This document shows, piece by piece, positions 14,090 to 26,427 of a stretch of DNA of 64,000 nt (its first letter is position 1; every line of letters starts with the position of its first letter). The notes beneath the pieces were generated by a model that was not told the origin of the DNA, made no database searches, and was given only the letters and a program-made list of their open reading frames with translations. This DNA is from Schizochytrium sp. TIO01 (Eukaryota > Protista > Bigyra: Labyrinthulomycetes): assembly GCA_004764695.1 (NCBI GenBank), contig SMSO01000014.1:5218845-5282844 (forward strand), written 5' to 3'. The position numbers and the translations under genes are program-made.

Positions 14090-16417
14090 ATTCACAGCTA
14101 GCCGTATTTTGCCTCTCCGTGACGCTTGTCTCGACTGTTTTACTTTTGTGATTGAAATCTCTAGGATCTGGGATGCAGGATTGCGTGCTGCGGGTTTGGC
14201 ATTCCCAGTTCTGTATCTTTTAGACCGCCGCTAAATAGTGCTACAAACGCTTAGCAGACGATACATATAATATATAATAATTATGTGGGTACTACTAATT
14301 TACTCCTTTGACAAGTTGGGTCCCGTCAAAACATGTCAATAGCACCGGTACCAGCTAGCTATCACTAGCAAGGCTATCAACTATGCCACTTGTCTAATAC
14401 CATAGTAAGTACCACCTAGTAGCAACAATTTTGTGCAGGAAGAGGTCGCACATACTTCATCTTTCCCAATATTCGGAAACACTCCTTCGACTTAGTAGTA
14501 TGTAGCGAAGAGGAGCCTCATCTAGCATATTCTAGTTAGAGCTTCATAAGTAGGGCCTGGCCATGTGGAGAGACTTGATGATCCATTGTATATTCGGAGC
14601 AAGGTAACGAGCAGTGTCGGACTCGGCGCAAGGCCCTGGTTCAAGCGAAGGATTGTGTCGGTAAGAGTTATGCGACAGGCGGCTTACTGCAACTAACGCT
14701 GAATATGCTGAAAATCAAAACTATCATATACACTATACACAATTGTTAGGATCGAAGTTGCTTCTTGGGCTAGCTTTTTACCTTGTCTTGTCAGGTGTTG
14801 TTTCGAAATTCTAAACGCTTGAGCTTGTTCTGTGGTTTAAAATTGTGCTTTGGGATGCAGCATTCTTTAAAGAAGACCTTGCTCATAGGTATATTTTACG
14901 GGGAAAAGGAGCGTATGGAGAGTCCGACTGATCAGTCCCCATAGCCAACTCGAATATAGCGCAAGGTTGAAACGTGGTTGTTCTTATTCAATTAGAGGGA
15001 GGCATAAGAATCCAGAGGGTATTATCGAAACAGCAATCCAACCCTCGCCATCACGATGGAACTTAGATTGGATAGTGTCGCACGAGTGGGAAAAATGAAG
15101 GTCTAAGTTTTTGTATCTTGATCATAGCTAACACGCTACAATTAGTCAGAGATAATATCATCTATGTGAGGTTTTGGTCGGCCCTTTAAGTGATAAAGAT
15201 GTCGGATAGTCATTTTTTTTCAAGAATGATAAGAAGATTATGGGCATCTACGAAGCAATTTTAGCATTCAACATTCTCGAGGAAGAGGTGGGTGAGGGGT
15301 TCAATTCGAAAAATTTAATCTTTTGGTTGTAGTAAGAAATAAGTAGATACCTTGATCATCGCGAAACTAGAACAATCAGCTATCAGAAAAGGATTGGAGG
15401 TTCTAATAATCTAACAGGCAGAAATAGTTGCAGTATAAGTAAATTGCAAGACATCTTATGAAATTTAATATGGTCTCACCGCAGAAACCGTATTCTCGTA
15501 GGGTCAGCACGACTTGTCCTTTGCAACCCATATGCTTCGCTGTTGATGAAAGCCCTGTGTAACCATCACAACCACCAGCTCCAACTAAGAACATACCCAC
15601 GTGAGAAGTGATATATGATGAATACCAAGACCCAGTGGACTAAAGGAAGGAAAGAAAACGGGAGTACAAGATCTGAGAAGAAAACGATGGAGAAACGCAA
15701 GGAGAGGCACAGGTAGTTGTAAAAGTAGCAGCCTGCGAGAAGCTCAACTTGTGTGGTGTTCATCGGACAAGATCTCTTCTTCCAATATGAGTTAGATGAA
15801 GAGATGGATGAGATGAAATGGTTTGCGAGAAAAGTTCGATATGTAGAGAGACATTAATTCGTCACTCACAGTGTAGGTAACAGCAGAAACATGAGCTGTA
15901 GCAGTTATAAATCAAACCCAGATTGCCATGGCAAGTGAGGAATCAGTAACATCGAGGCGCGCCTCACCCGCAAAAGAGGCGCATGCGCACGAGATGTAAA
16001 TTTAGGAGCGAGAAAATGAAGAGAATGGAGGAGAGCGTAGAGCGCAGAGAGAGGAAAGCATGAAAGGGCATGCGTGCATTAAAACAAGCAATCGAGCTAT
16101 ATGATGAAAGAGGTGAATCAAACGGTGTCAGGCTGTGCAGGCAGGTAGTAAATCTGCGCTAGCAAACCAATATGAATTCTACTCACCTGAGAAAATTGTC
16201 TGATACGAACTCGACTTTGCTTGATACGTCATACTCCTGGCTATTCTGAGCACTAAGTCAAACTTGGTCTTGAGGTGAAGATGAAGGTGATGGAAGCGAT
16301 AGTGGTTTACTAGATGGAATCGAGTGAAATTGAAAGTGAGAAAATGAGTGAGGGAGTGAGTGACACATATTCAGAGAATGAATTGATGAATGTCCACTTG
16401 CTTACTCGATTACTCGC

Positions 16418-18001
16418 TTATTCCTCAGAAGCCTCAGCCGGGGTGGGCTCTGCGGCGGCGGCCTCGCTGTTAGCAGCAGCAGCCTTCACGCGGTCGAGAG
16501 CGGAAGGTCCGGATGCGGCGAGCGGGGTGGTGGTGGGCTTGGATCCAGGGAGGGTGGGGAAGAGCTCAGAGGAATCCACAGCAGGTGCAGATACCTTCTT
16601 GGAAGACTTCTTCTTGGCGGAAGAAGAATCCTCGTCAGCCGCGGGGGCGGCGGCCTCGGCCTCCTTCTGCTTCGGGGCGCGGGGGAGCACATCGTAGTAT
16701 GCACGCTTGGCCTTCAGCTCCTCGATGGAACCCGGAATGTCCTCAGACTTGCTGGGTGCCTGGAGGGAAAGCAAGGAGAAGGATCCGAGGAGGTCAAGAG
16801 AGTGCATAAGGCGGTCAGCCTTAGCAGACTTCTTCTTGTTGCCGCCCTTCTTCTTCTTAGCGCCCATGACGAGGAAGTCGCCCTCCTCAGTGGACTTCTT
16901 GCCAATAGCCTTCATGCCTCCGAAGTCGTCCCCAGACTTGCGGAGCTCTGGCTTGTCCTCTGCGTTAGCATCAGTGGCAGTTTCATTAGCAGAAGCATCA
17001 CCGGAAGTCTTGATGTTACCAATCTTCTCGAGGTACTGAATAAGGTAGTCGCAGAGCGCGATCTCCTCCTCCCAGGGCTTCTTCTTCATCTCCTCCTCCT
17101 CAAGCATGCGCTCGTACTCAGCCTTCTGCTTCTTATACTCCTCCTCACGCGCCTTGCGCTCGGCATCCCTCTGCTTGTTGAAGGCGTCCAGAAACTCCTT
17201 GTACTCCTTCCACTTGGCGTTGTGCTCCTTCTTGAGGGCGTCACGGTCCGCAAAAAGCTGGTTGAGCTCGCTCTGAATCTCTGTACGCTTCTTCTGAAGC
17301 TTGTCTGCCTTTGCTGCAGAGTCCTTGTTCTTCTTGGTAAGGTCATCGAGCTCCTTGGAGAGAGTGTCGATCTGGGCCTTAAGAGTATCGGCCTCGGAGC
17401 GCTTCTCGCGGATCTGGTCGCGAAGAATGGGAAGGTTCTCGGTGCCGAGAGCGGCAGAAGAAGAGTCCTTCTGCTTGAAAAACTCCTCGACCTTGCGGCG
17501 AACCTGCTTAAGAGCAGAGATCTCCTTCATCACCTCCTTCTCCTCGCGCGGATCCATCGAGGTGGTCTCATACTTGCGCTCGAGCTCAGCGATCTTAGCA
17601 TCGGCCTCCTCCACGGACTTGAACTTGAGCTGCTGGGCAGCGGCCTTATCCTTCTGCTTGGCCTCCTTGTCACGCTTTACGAGAGCGTCACTCTTCTTCT
17701 GGAGATCCGAGGCAACGTCAAGGAGCTTGCCGCGCTTGCTGCGGAGGTCCTTGAGCTGGGAGACCAGAGTGCGACGCTTATCGTTGAAGGGCTTGTTGCT
17801 GGAGCGGGAGGCCTGCTGCTGCTTGTCAATGCTCTGGCGCTCAGCAATAAGCTTGTCAATCTTCTCAGACATCTCGCTTACGGCGCGGTTCTTCGCGGCA
17901 TCGTCAGGCTTCGGGATGCGCTTGAGCTCCACGGTGGCCTTGCCCTCCGGGGCGGCAGGCGCCTCAGCGGCCTGCGTCTCCACAACCTTGTCGTCGCTCA
18001 T
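16418..18001 (-). CDS. BFR1-like / proton-pump-interactor-like coiled-coil protein
   Basis: 527-aa Lys/Glu-rich coiled coil followed by PWEEEIALCDYLIQYL and LMHSLDLLGSFSLLSLQAP...IEELKAKRAYY blocks resembling Bfr1-type C-terminal motifs. Strong GC3 codon bias. CDS is secure; family assignment is less so. Confidence 0.75.
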   Translation of the reverse strand: MSDDKVVETQAAEAPAAPEGKATVELKRIPKPDDAAKNRAVSEMSEKIDKLIAERQSIDKQQQASRSSNKPFNDKRRTLVSQLKDLRSKRGKLLDVASDLQKKSDALVKRDKEAKQKDKAAAQQLKFKSVEEADAKIAELERKYETTSMDPREEKEVMKEISALKQVRRKVEEFFKQKDSSSAALGTENLPILRDQIREKRSEADTLKAQIDTLSKELDDLTKKNKDSAAKADKLQKKRTEIQSELNQLFADRDALKKEHNAKWKEYKEFLDAFNKQRDAERKAREEEYKKQKAEYERMLEEEEMKKKPWEEEIALCDYLIQYLEKIGNIKTSGDASANETATDANAEDKPELRKSGDDFGGMKAIGKKSTEEGDFLVMGAKKKKGGNKKKSAKADRLMHSLDLLGSFSLLSLQAPSKSEDIPGSIEELKAKRAYYDVLPRAPKQKEAEAAAPAADEDSSSAKKKSSKKVSAPAVDSSELFPTLPGSKPTTTPLAASGPSALDRVKAAAANSEAAAAEPTPAEASEE

Positions 18002-18115
18002 TTTGTCAAGTCAGGTGAACTCGAGTCAAGCGTGCCTGCTTCGCCTCCTGCCTCCTTGCGGTAAGCTTTCTCACGCACTTCACTTCGCCTCACTGCACTT
18101 AGTGCTTTGGCCTCT

Positions 18116-18235
18116 CTTTGCTCTGCTTTGCTCTGCTTTGCTCTGCTCTGCTCGTGCGGCTGCTGGTGTTCCTACTATCTATCTATCTATCTATCTATCT
18201 AACTATCTATCTGTCTGTCTATCTGTCTATCTGTC
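18116..18235. repeat. Compound microsatellite: (CTYTG)n pentamer then (CTAT/CTGT)n
   Basis: Seen directly upstream of the BFR1-like start codon. Confidence 0.9.
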
Positions 18236-21200
18236 ATGTGAATAAGAAGGACATAAGGTCATTCCTTTTATTTTTATTCTTATTATTTTTATTTTTTCAG
18301 TAAACAGCACCGAAGCCTTTAACCTGCTTACTAGCAACTAATAGATGCTCTTCATGAGTGTACACTTCCGCAACATGACGTATAACCGAGGCTACTCATG
18401 CTCAGTATGATGCGACGCTTTGTTTTATTACTGGTTTTATTAATGGGTTATATGGGGATATAATTTAATTTTATAGAGTGAATAGGCACCAACTACTCTA
18501 TACTAAGGACCAATAACAATTTTACCTCTTCTTTTAACCGAGCTTTAAAAAAAACATTGAAAGCTTTTTGTTTTTTTTAATTCGTTTTCTCTTTTCTCTA
18601 GAAACACTGGTACCGCGTATCAGCGGCATAATCTATCGAATGTCATTTTATCTATTACAATGATAGATGATAGTTGGCTAGGCACCTACTGGTTTATGAA
18701 TTCAAAATCGTTGTTCTGAGACAATACAATAGTTAGTATCCAAATTCAAGACAGGCAAACGATGGCATTCAAGCCAGATTCAATCGGGCGAATTAATACC
18801 TTTGCCCTCGTTATTTTCATAGTTTACCAAAAAAAAAAAAATGAAAAAATGCTTCAGGGACTAAAACTGCTGCTTTGGTTAAAACAGTCCTTCTTCTAGA
18901 ATAGTACTATCATGAATAATTTTACAAGGGATGATCTCACTCTCACTGTCAATTCAGTCTCGTCTACACAAGCAGCACATTATGGCTTTTGCAAGTCTTT
19001 CGTCAGAACATTTACATTTTATTAAGAACGAGTGGTACGTACTAGGTACTCAGTCTGCTGAAGGATGAACGACCTCGGTGAATGATTTTGTATGACATCG
19101 AGAAGGATTAGTGGCATCACCAAGGTACCTCATATTCGCAGAAAGAAACTCAATCTCAGACATTTGAGAGTCCTTAAGCCTCTGCCTGCACTGATCCTCA
19201 GCTCTTATTCACATTATCTCTCATCTATTTGGCTGTTTTTAATCAGCTACCCAGCTAGGTAGGACCTATCTACATATGTTTCATCATAATAGTATACTTA
19301 TTTGATGACAATAAAACTTTGAGCTCTTCTCAGGCCGCTCTTCTCAATCAATCACTCTCTGCACTAGCTATACTTGGGTACCTAATCTTGCTAACTTGTT
19401 GCCGCTTTCGTCGTGTCTTTGCTTGAGTCTGCTTCTTGTCTCAAGCCCATTTCCTTTCCGCATCGCTCCTTGTCCCTTGTGCTCAACTTCTTTCAGTCTC
19501 TGCACTAGTAGTGCCTATTACCTAGCTAGGTCGCCAGGCTGTCTTCTTTTGCTATCCGTGGCGCTGCTTTTAGGAACGGGCAGTTACTATGCATCTCAAG
19601 CTGTATAGCCACTTGGAGGTAGGCAGTAGAAGGTAGTGTTCATAGTTCATGGCCCAGTCTATCTCTGCCAGCAATGTAAGCTTTCAAGACTCACTCACTC
19701 CCATCGTTGCTCATCAGAGGCGCCAGATCTAAGCTGTCAAAAAGACAGCTCTGGGAACTCTCTCCATTATGCTTTCGGAACGCATCGATTCTTTTGTCTC
19801 CACAGATTGGGTTCTAACCAAGCAAACCCTCTCGCGCTCTCGTTACTACCCGAATAAGAGGTCGACGTTATGTCTGTCTTCTTTCTTGACACTTTACCTT
19901 GGTCATTTCCGAGCATTTAATCCAAAACCCTCGTGAGAACTGGAGCTGCTCTGCGCCCTGCATATGGCGCTATTGACTCATGTCGACGCCCTTGAGAGAA
20001 CTAGTTTGGCCTGGTGCTTGCGAGATAAGTAGCTAGTCAGCTGCAAAGCTTATCCATCAGCGAAACAGAGACTGGCGCTCTTTCCAAGCTTCAAGTTGAG
20101 TTGAGTTTATTTAGTTTTTAAAGATCTTACACCAATACCTACTCGATTGCTATGTAGGTACCTCGTGGAACTGTAATGCATCGCATTTACACACTGAAGC
20201 GCACACGTTTGTGGCAGGCATGCTTTAACGTAGAACTTCCCTCCTAACTTGATAACGCTTTCCTCTTCGATGCATGAGTGAAACATTAAAAGGGCATAGT
20301 ACGGAACCAAAGACCATTCCGTCAAAATACCCCTCACGCATCTGCCCAAGATTTTCTATCGTCGTGGTATTCATCTCTCTTTTCCTCCTTGTTTTAATTG
20401 ATTTAATTTAAAACTTGAAAATTGAAACTTGAAACTAAATATCGTGATGCGTAATCCCAATTATTTTATTTTATCTTATACAAACAAAATTATTCAACAG
20501 CTTGAATAGAAGAAGGAGAAGAAGAAAATGGTATGGAGGAGAGCGGTTGTGATATAATCAATGAGAGACGTTTTTAATCTCAAATAATAATGATCTTGGA
20601 GCAGCTGTTATGCTGCCTACTCCGAGCATCGTGCCTCCACCTACAACAAGTTGCTGGGTACCTCCGTACCACGAGATACCATATGACAAACAATCAACAT
20701 GTTCTCGAAAAACGAGAATATTTTTTTTCCTGAACTTGAAAATAAATTTTAAATCAAAAACGCATGTTCACAGAGCCATCTCTACAACTGTCACTTCATG
20801 CTCAGTGAAGATTTATTTCCCCAAAAGGAAAATGCTTTTTCTCTTTCATCCCCTCACAAAAGAACTTTTTTAACGCTCTCTAAAAGGGCCCCAAAGTCTA
20901 CAAGTGCCTTCGAGGCCCCTCGCTATCAGTAATAGAAATAGTAGATCTACCACATTTTAATATTAAACTCGTATGAGCGGTATAAATTGGACTCGTTATC
21001 CACCCTCAAGGCGAGACCTTTTTTCCTTTCTCACTCGCTTTCTTTAAAAAAAAATAATGTTTTTTTGTTTTGTTTTGTTTTGTTTTTTAACTAGCTTTTC
21101 AAGATTTTCAGGGGCCTCTCCCTCTGTCTATAATCAACATATATTACAAGGTTGGCTGCGTCTTCTTTTAGTGGACTTTTTTTATAATAAATTTTTAATT

Positions 21201-22645
21201 TTAAAGATTCTCTCTCGCTCTATGCTGAGTTTCAACAAAAAGTGCTCGCATCGTTACTTCTCTTTTTCTTTCTTTCTTTCTTTCTTTTACAAAGAAAACT
21301 TCGAGCAAAGCTGTGATATGTTTTGTTTTTTTAAATTAACGTATGGATCAAAATACTAAGCCACCAGTCGTATTTGGTTGTGCCATATCTTATTAGGGAT
21401 TTTCGCCCTCAATCTACAATCTTTGCAAGTTTGTAGTATATCCAGTATTTATTCTGAACAGCTGTTATTCCTAAATCTCATTTTTTCTGCGTATATGGAA
21501 TGGACCACATGAATTCATTTTACTAAATGTTGAAACACAAAAAAAGTCTCACCATATGCTCTCTCCCTTTCCAAATGACAAATAATCCAGGCGCGTCCTT
21601 ATCTTCATTATGACTACAAAACTTGTAAATGCCCCAACCACTAACCAACGATCATCCAACGAAAGTTTCCTTCAGCCGGAGGAGCAGATGTCACCTCGCT
21701 ACTGATAAACTCCATCAGTCTATTTTACCAACGTAATGAAAATGAATTAGCTCCATCCCAAAAGCCCCCTTTCGCTGGTGAATCTTAAACCTGTAATGGG
21801 AATCATATATCATAAAGATCAAAATATCCCTACAAATCTAGACAGAAGCAGTACGATTTTTCATTTAGAACTTGCGAACAAGTTTCAACCTAGGCGCTAA
21901 CAATTAGCATTTTGCAAATGGGATATTAGGGTCCGTTTCGGGAGAAGGCTTTTTTAAGACTGGAGTTTCGAATACATAAGACAGAAAGAATGAAAAACTC
22001 TTCTGGATTCTACGTACTACCTAGACTTTTGCGAAGGTTACTACAATAAAGGAAAGGCTCTTTACGAAGACCGATCGTCTTTCAACCTGCCGGTGCTTGC
22101 AATACTTAATTTAACAATGCTACATAGGTGCCTAGGTACCAGTGAGAACAATAACATGTCTGACACGAAAGCGTGTGTACCTCATTGTAAGCACAGTACG
22201 CACTAAGATTTGAAGAGACCATGGTAGCATGCTAAGCACTCCTGGTTTCCTCAAATGTTAAGAAGTAACTTTCTTCTCATTTAAGATATTGAAACCACGA
22301 AAAAATTTGCCTATAGCTAAATATCGAGAGAACTCCAAGAGTATGTCATGCTTGTGTTCTTTTGCAAACGCACATGATTTCCATGCTAACTTCTATATTC
22401 CTAACTTGCTTGAACTCAATTGAAAACCGAACCATTTGAACTTTGAACTAAGCTACTATATTTTGCTGCTATCAAAGCATTCATTATTATATGAGTCTCC
22501 AAACTACGAAATCCTTTACGCTGGATAATCCAATCATATTAGTGTACCAGCATTGCTATTTACATATTTACTCCATGCGAGAGAAGTAAATTGTCATAAT
22601 TCAGCCTACTAACACACCATCTAAAGGGTTCCAACAGAGTGAAAA

Positions 22646-22913
22646 GTGTGTTGCGCACATAGGGTTAGGGTCCTACCTGCCAAAGTCGGGGAATCCCGAC
22701 TATGAAACCTAACCTGAACATAATAACCTAACCTGAGTCAGGTGGGTTTCTCACCAACCGTTGGGCCACTTCTTCCCGAAATTTCGGGTAAATATAGGCC
22801 TCTTTGAATCTTGATATTTTCCTTTCTTTCTTTGTCTTTCAGAACTTGGCACAGTTCGGGCTATCCTGATCTGACAGGCAACCTTGTCAGATGCTCTGTC
22901 AGATGCTCTTTTT
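22646..22913. other. Cluster of short inverted repeats with telomere-like motifs (identity unknown)
   Basis: TAGGGTTAGGG 22660-22670; AACCTAACCTGA at 22706 and 22725; hairpins AGTCGGG/CCCGACT 22684-22701, CCTGA/TCAGG, GGTGGG/CTCACC, CCAAC/GTTGG, CCCGAAATTTCGGG 22775-22788, ATCTGACA/TGTCAGAT 22869-22892. Confidence 0.6.
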
Positions 22914-24161
22914 GGTATTACCTTTACTATAATGTATTTTAGCCTTCGTGACTCTTCCTTAATTTAACTGTGATTGGGGGGGAGAGTTCTTGCTTTTAAA
23001 GCAGAGAATATCTTGTGTTGAGCGTCAACTTTCTGCTTCAAGGAAAGCTATTTTTATTCTTGAAAAACAAGACTTGAGAACGGAACTTTGTAATGTAGAA
23101 TCGAAACCCCAATTGGGCCAGTCTTTTGTATTTAATCTCTATTATAATGCTTACCTGCTGGTCGAGTCGCAGCATTCGCACGTCGGTCCTCCTGCATGTC
23201 TACAAGTTCACAATTTATTCTAACGAACTATATCGTTTTACCCGCCGTGTCATCACCGTGGTACTGATGCTCACACAATTTTTTACGTTAGCAGCAGAAG
23301 CTCAACTCAAAGGAGACATTGGGGTAGAGACCGCAAAATTGACGCATTGTGGAGGAGAAGTACACAGCAGAAAATGAATTAGTCCGGACCAACACAGATA
23401 ATGGCGATGACATCAAAACATTGAGATGTAAAACAGGAGAAACACAACTTGAAAGAAAACGTTGAACTGGCATGCATGCCCAAGCTGTAGCCAAACGACT
23501 GTTGATTTTTTTCACAACTTTCAACAGTATGCTTCAAACCGTCGATTCCTTTTTCCTGTGGTGATCTCCAGTCGGAGAGAGAGAGCTCTTCGCACGGACA
23601 TCAGCAATTTGACTCCTGCTTATTCAACGTTTTCAAGTTTCAAGGTTTCAACGACAACAGTATGTGCAAAACACGTTGAGCTAACTAGTGCGAGGTAGTC
23701 AGTCAATAGTAGGAGGTAGCTGGCGCTAGCAGTAGTATCACCTGTCTGTCTCTTCGTGCGTTATATTTAAAGAAGTTCCTTCTCGATTGATTAAAAAGCC
23801 ATCTTTCTTATTCATCCCTTTCCCTTTCTTTCTATCTCTTTTTTCACCTCTCTAATATAACTATATGTTTTGACCCCTTCAATTGGGATCCCATGTATTA
23901 GTCAAACCCGTATCATTAATTTATTTTAAAGTATCGTTCTTTATTTGATTTTCTGCATCCTGACCGTCATATTTACCAAATTCTGCTATCCGTCGAGAAG
24001 AAACTAGACTATCTATAAAAGAACATGGCCTATATTTATGACTATGTAAACAATAAAGGTAAGTGGGCTACGTTCTTTTCATTAATACCTACAAACTCTG
24101 GCTATAGTAAATACCAAAAGGACCCAACCGGCGAAGCAGCAACGGGCGGGCAAAGCGCGAG

Positions 24162-24687
24162 GTGAGTGAGATCGAGACAACAGCGCGGCGCTAGATAGGA
24201 AGACGCACGGGGATGGCACACAAGCGTGGCGGTGGCGTATTCATTTGCAATGCGTCTCTTTTGTAGCTAATCCTCGCACAGCCTCTACTTTACTAGAGGC
24301 CCAGCCTTCTTCATCAAGTCGTGCGATCCTTCATCAACGGGATATCTAGCTTATTATGAAGGCCCTCGGTGCTCGGGTTTCTTCACTGTAGAAAGCTCGA
24401 CGTACGCAAGGGTAAATAGAAGAACACTGTCTTGTTTGGAGTTGGCTGGGAAGATGCGAAAGGGGCTGCCCAGGTGATAGTAGCAGCGAGATATGGGGGG
24501 GGAGAAAAAACGATGAGCTGTTGACTAACTAACCAACGTCCAACGCTTTTTGACATCATTAAATTGTTGCTTATGCTTATATTATCAAATTTGTCTTTCG
24601 CTGTATAATGTAAACCAAATCCTCAACCGGCTGGGGAAATATTGTCTGCAATTTGCTTCCTACGATTGATCTTTGGAATCTACACAG
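24162..24687 (+). other. Putative 5'-UTR intron of CCT6
   Basis: Consensus donor GAG|GTGAGT at 24162 and acceptor CTACACAG| at 24687, ~110 nt before the CCT6 ATG, downstream of a GC-rich leader. Confidence 0.55.
24363..24496 (+). ncRNA. Candidate H/ACA snoRNA (intronic)
   Basis: Hairpin 24363-24412 with internal pocket, H-box-like ATAGAA 24416-24421, second hairpin 24428-24490, then ATA+3 nt (ACA variant). Length 134 nt. Hand-folded only. Confidence 0.35.
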
Positions 24688-24795
24688 GTCTTCGGTTGAT
24701 TGACCGCGATCAACCCTTCAAGAACACAAATTCTCATTTAGTTTATTCCTTCTGAGCTGTAGTATCCTTCGCTTTAATTCAAGCCTTTTGCAACA

Positions 24796-26427
24796 ATGAG
24801 CAGCCTCGAGTTGCTTAACCCCAATGGTGAGCATGTGAACAAGATGCAGGCTTTGGCCATCAACCTGGCTGCCGCCCGTGGCCTTCAGGAGGTCCTCAAG
24901 ACCAACCTCGGCCCCCGCGGTACCCTTAAGATGCTCGTGGGTGGCGCTGGCCAGATTAAGCTTACCAAGGATGGTCACACTCTTCTGTCCGAGATGCAGA
25001 TCCAGCACCCGACTGCCCAGCTCCTCAGTCGTGCTGCTGTGGCTTGTGATGACACCGTGGGTGACGGAACCACCTCCACTGTGCTCTTCACTGGTGAACT
25101 CTTGAAACAGGCTGAGCGCTACCTCGGTGAGGGCCTTCACCCTCGTGTACTTGTCGACGGCTATGATGTGGCACGCGAGGCGACTTTGACTTTCCTTGAT
25201 GAGTTCTCCAAGAAGATGCCCAACCTTGCTAGTGATCGTGAGCAGCTTTGCAACATTTGCCGGACCACCCTTCAGACGAAGCTGCGTGAGGAGCTCGTGA
25301 ACAAGCTCACCGAAATTGTTGTGGACGCTATCCTTTGCATTTACCGTGAGGAACAGTCAATTGACTTGCACATGGTGGAGATTCTTCACATGCAGCACCG
25401 TCTTGACCTTGAGACTCGTCTTGTTCGCGGTATGGTGCTCGACCATGGCTCTCGCCACCCTGGAATGCCCTCTCGCCTTGAGAAGGTCTGGGTTATGACC
25501 TTGAACGTTTCCCTCGAGTATGAGAAGAGTGAGGTTACCTCTAACTTTTTATACAAGACAGCAGAGGAGCGTGAGAGCATGGTTGTCGCAGAACGCAAGT
25601 TTACTGACGACAAGGTCAAACAAATTATTGAGTTTAAGAAGCAGATCTGCGAGGCTAACCCGGGCACCACTTTCCTCATTTGCAACCAGAAGGGCATTGA
25701 CCCACCTTCCCTTGACATGCTTGCCAAGGAAGGAATTCTTGCTCTTCGCCGTGCCAAGCGGCGCAACATGGAGCGCCTCACTCTTGCCTGTGGTGGTATG
25801 CAGATCAACAGTGTTGAGGAGCTTACCCAGGACATGCTTGGCTATGCTGAGCTCGTTTATGAGGAGACTCTTGGTGAAGATAAGTTCACCTTTGTCGAGG
25901 GTGTTCGTAACCCTCACTCATGCACGATCCTTGTTAAGGGTCAGAACCCCCACACCATTGCTCAGATCAAGGACGCGATCCGCGACGGTCTTCGCTCTGT
26001 GAAGAACGCCATCGAGATGCCTGAGATGGTCGCGGGTGCTGGTGCTTTCGAGATTGCTGCATATGCCAACCTTGAGAAGGTTAAGGCTGATGTTCAGGGA
26101 CGTGCTAAGCTTGGTGTCCAGGCTTTTGCTGACGCTCTCTTGGTCATCCCCAAGGCATTGGCTGACAACTCTGGTTTTGATGTTCAGAACACCATTATTG
26201 ACTTGCAGGAGGCGTACCAAAAGGACACCTCAAAGCCCGTTGGCCTTGATGTCGTATCTGGCAAGCCCGTGCACCCTGAGGACCTCGGTATCTGGGACGG
26301 TGCCGCAGTGAAGAAGTCTGTTATTCACATGTCCACTGTTCTTGCGACACAGTTGCTTCTCGTGGACAGCATGCTCCGTGCTGGCCGTGGCTCAAGGCCT
26401 AAGGACCCGAACATGCCGGAGATGTAA
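24796..26427 (+). CDS. CCT6: T-complex protein 1 subunit zeta (CCT6)
   Basis: AARGLQEVLKTNLGPRGTLKMLVGGAGQIKLTKDG, GDGTTS, GMVLDHGSRHP, NVSLEYEKSEV, ALRRAKRRNMERL are zeta-subunit signatures. Confidence 0.97.
   Translation: MSSLELLNPNGEHVNKMQALAINLAAARGLQEVLKTNLGPRGTLKMLVGGAGQIKLTKDGHTLLSEMQIQHPTAQLLSRAAVACDDTVGDGTTSTVLFTGELLKQAERYLGEGLHPRVLVDGYDVAREATLTFLDEFSKKMPNLASDREQLCNICRTTLQTKLREELVNKLTEIVVDAILCIYREEQSIDLHMVEILHMQHRLDLETRLVRGMVLDHGSRHPGMPSRLEKVWVMTLNVSLEYEKSEVTSNFLYKTAEERESMVVAERKFTDDKVKQIIEFKKQICEANPGTTFLICNQKGIDPPSLDMLAKEGILALRRAKRRNMERLTLACGGMQINSVEELTQDMLGYAELVYEETLGEDKFTFVEGVRNPHSCTILVKGQNPHTIAQIKDAIRDGLRSVKNAIEMPEMVAGAGAFEIAAYANLEKVKADVQGRAKLGVQAFADALLVIPKALADNSGFDVQNTIIDLQEAYQKDTSKPVGLDVVSGKPVHPEDLGIWDGAAVKKSVIHMSTVLATQLLLVDSMLRAGRGSRPKDPNMPEM

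Noticed and set aside
16802-18245. Long + strand ORFs of 420 and 314 aa
   Set aside because: Antisense shadows of the codon-biased BFR1-like gene; Leu/Ser-rich with no motifs.
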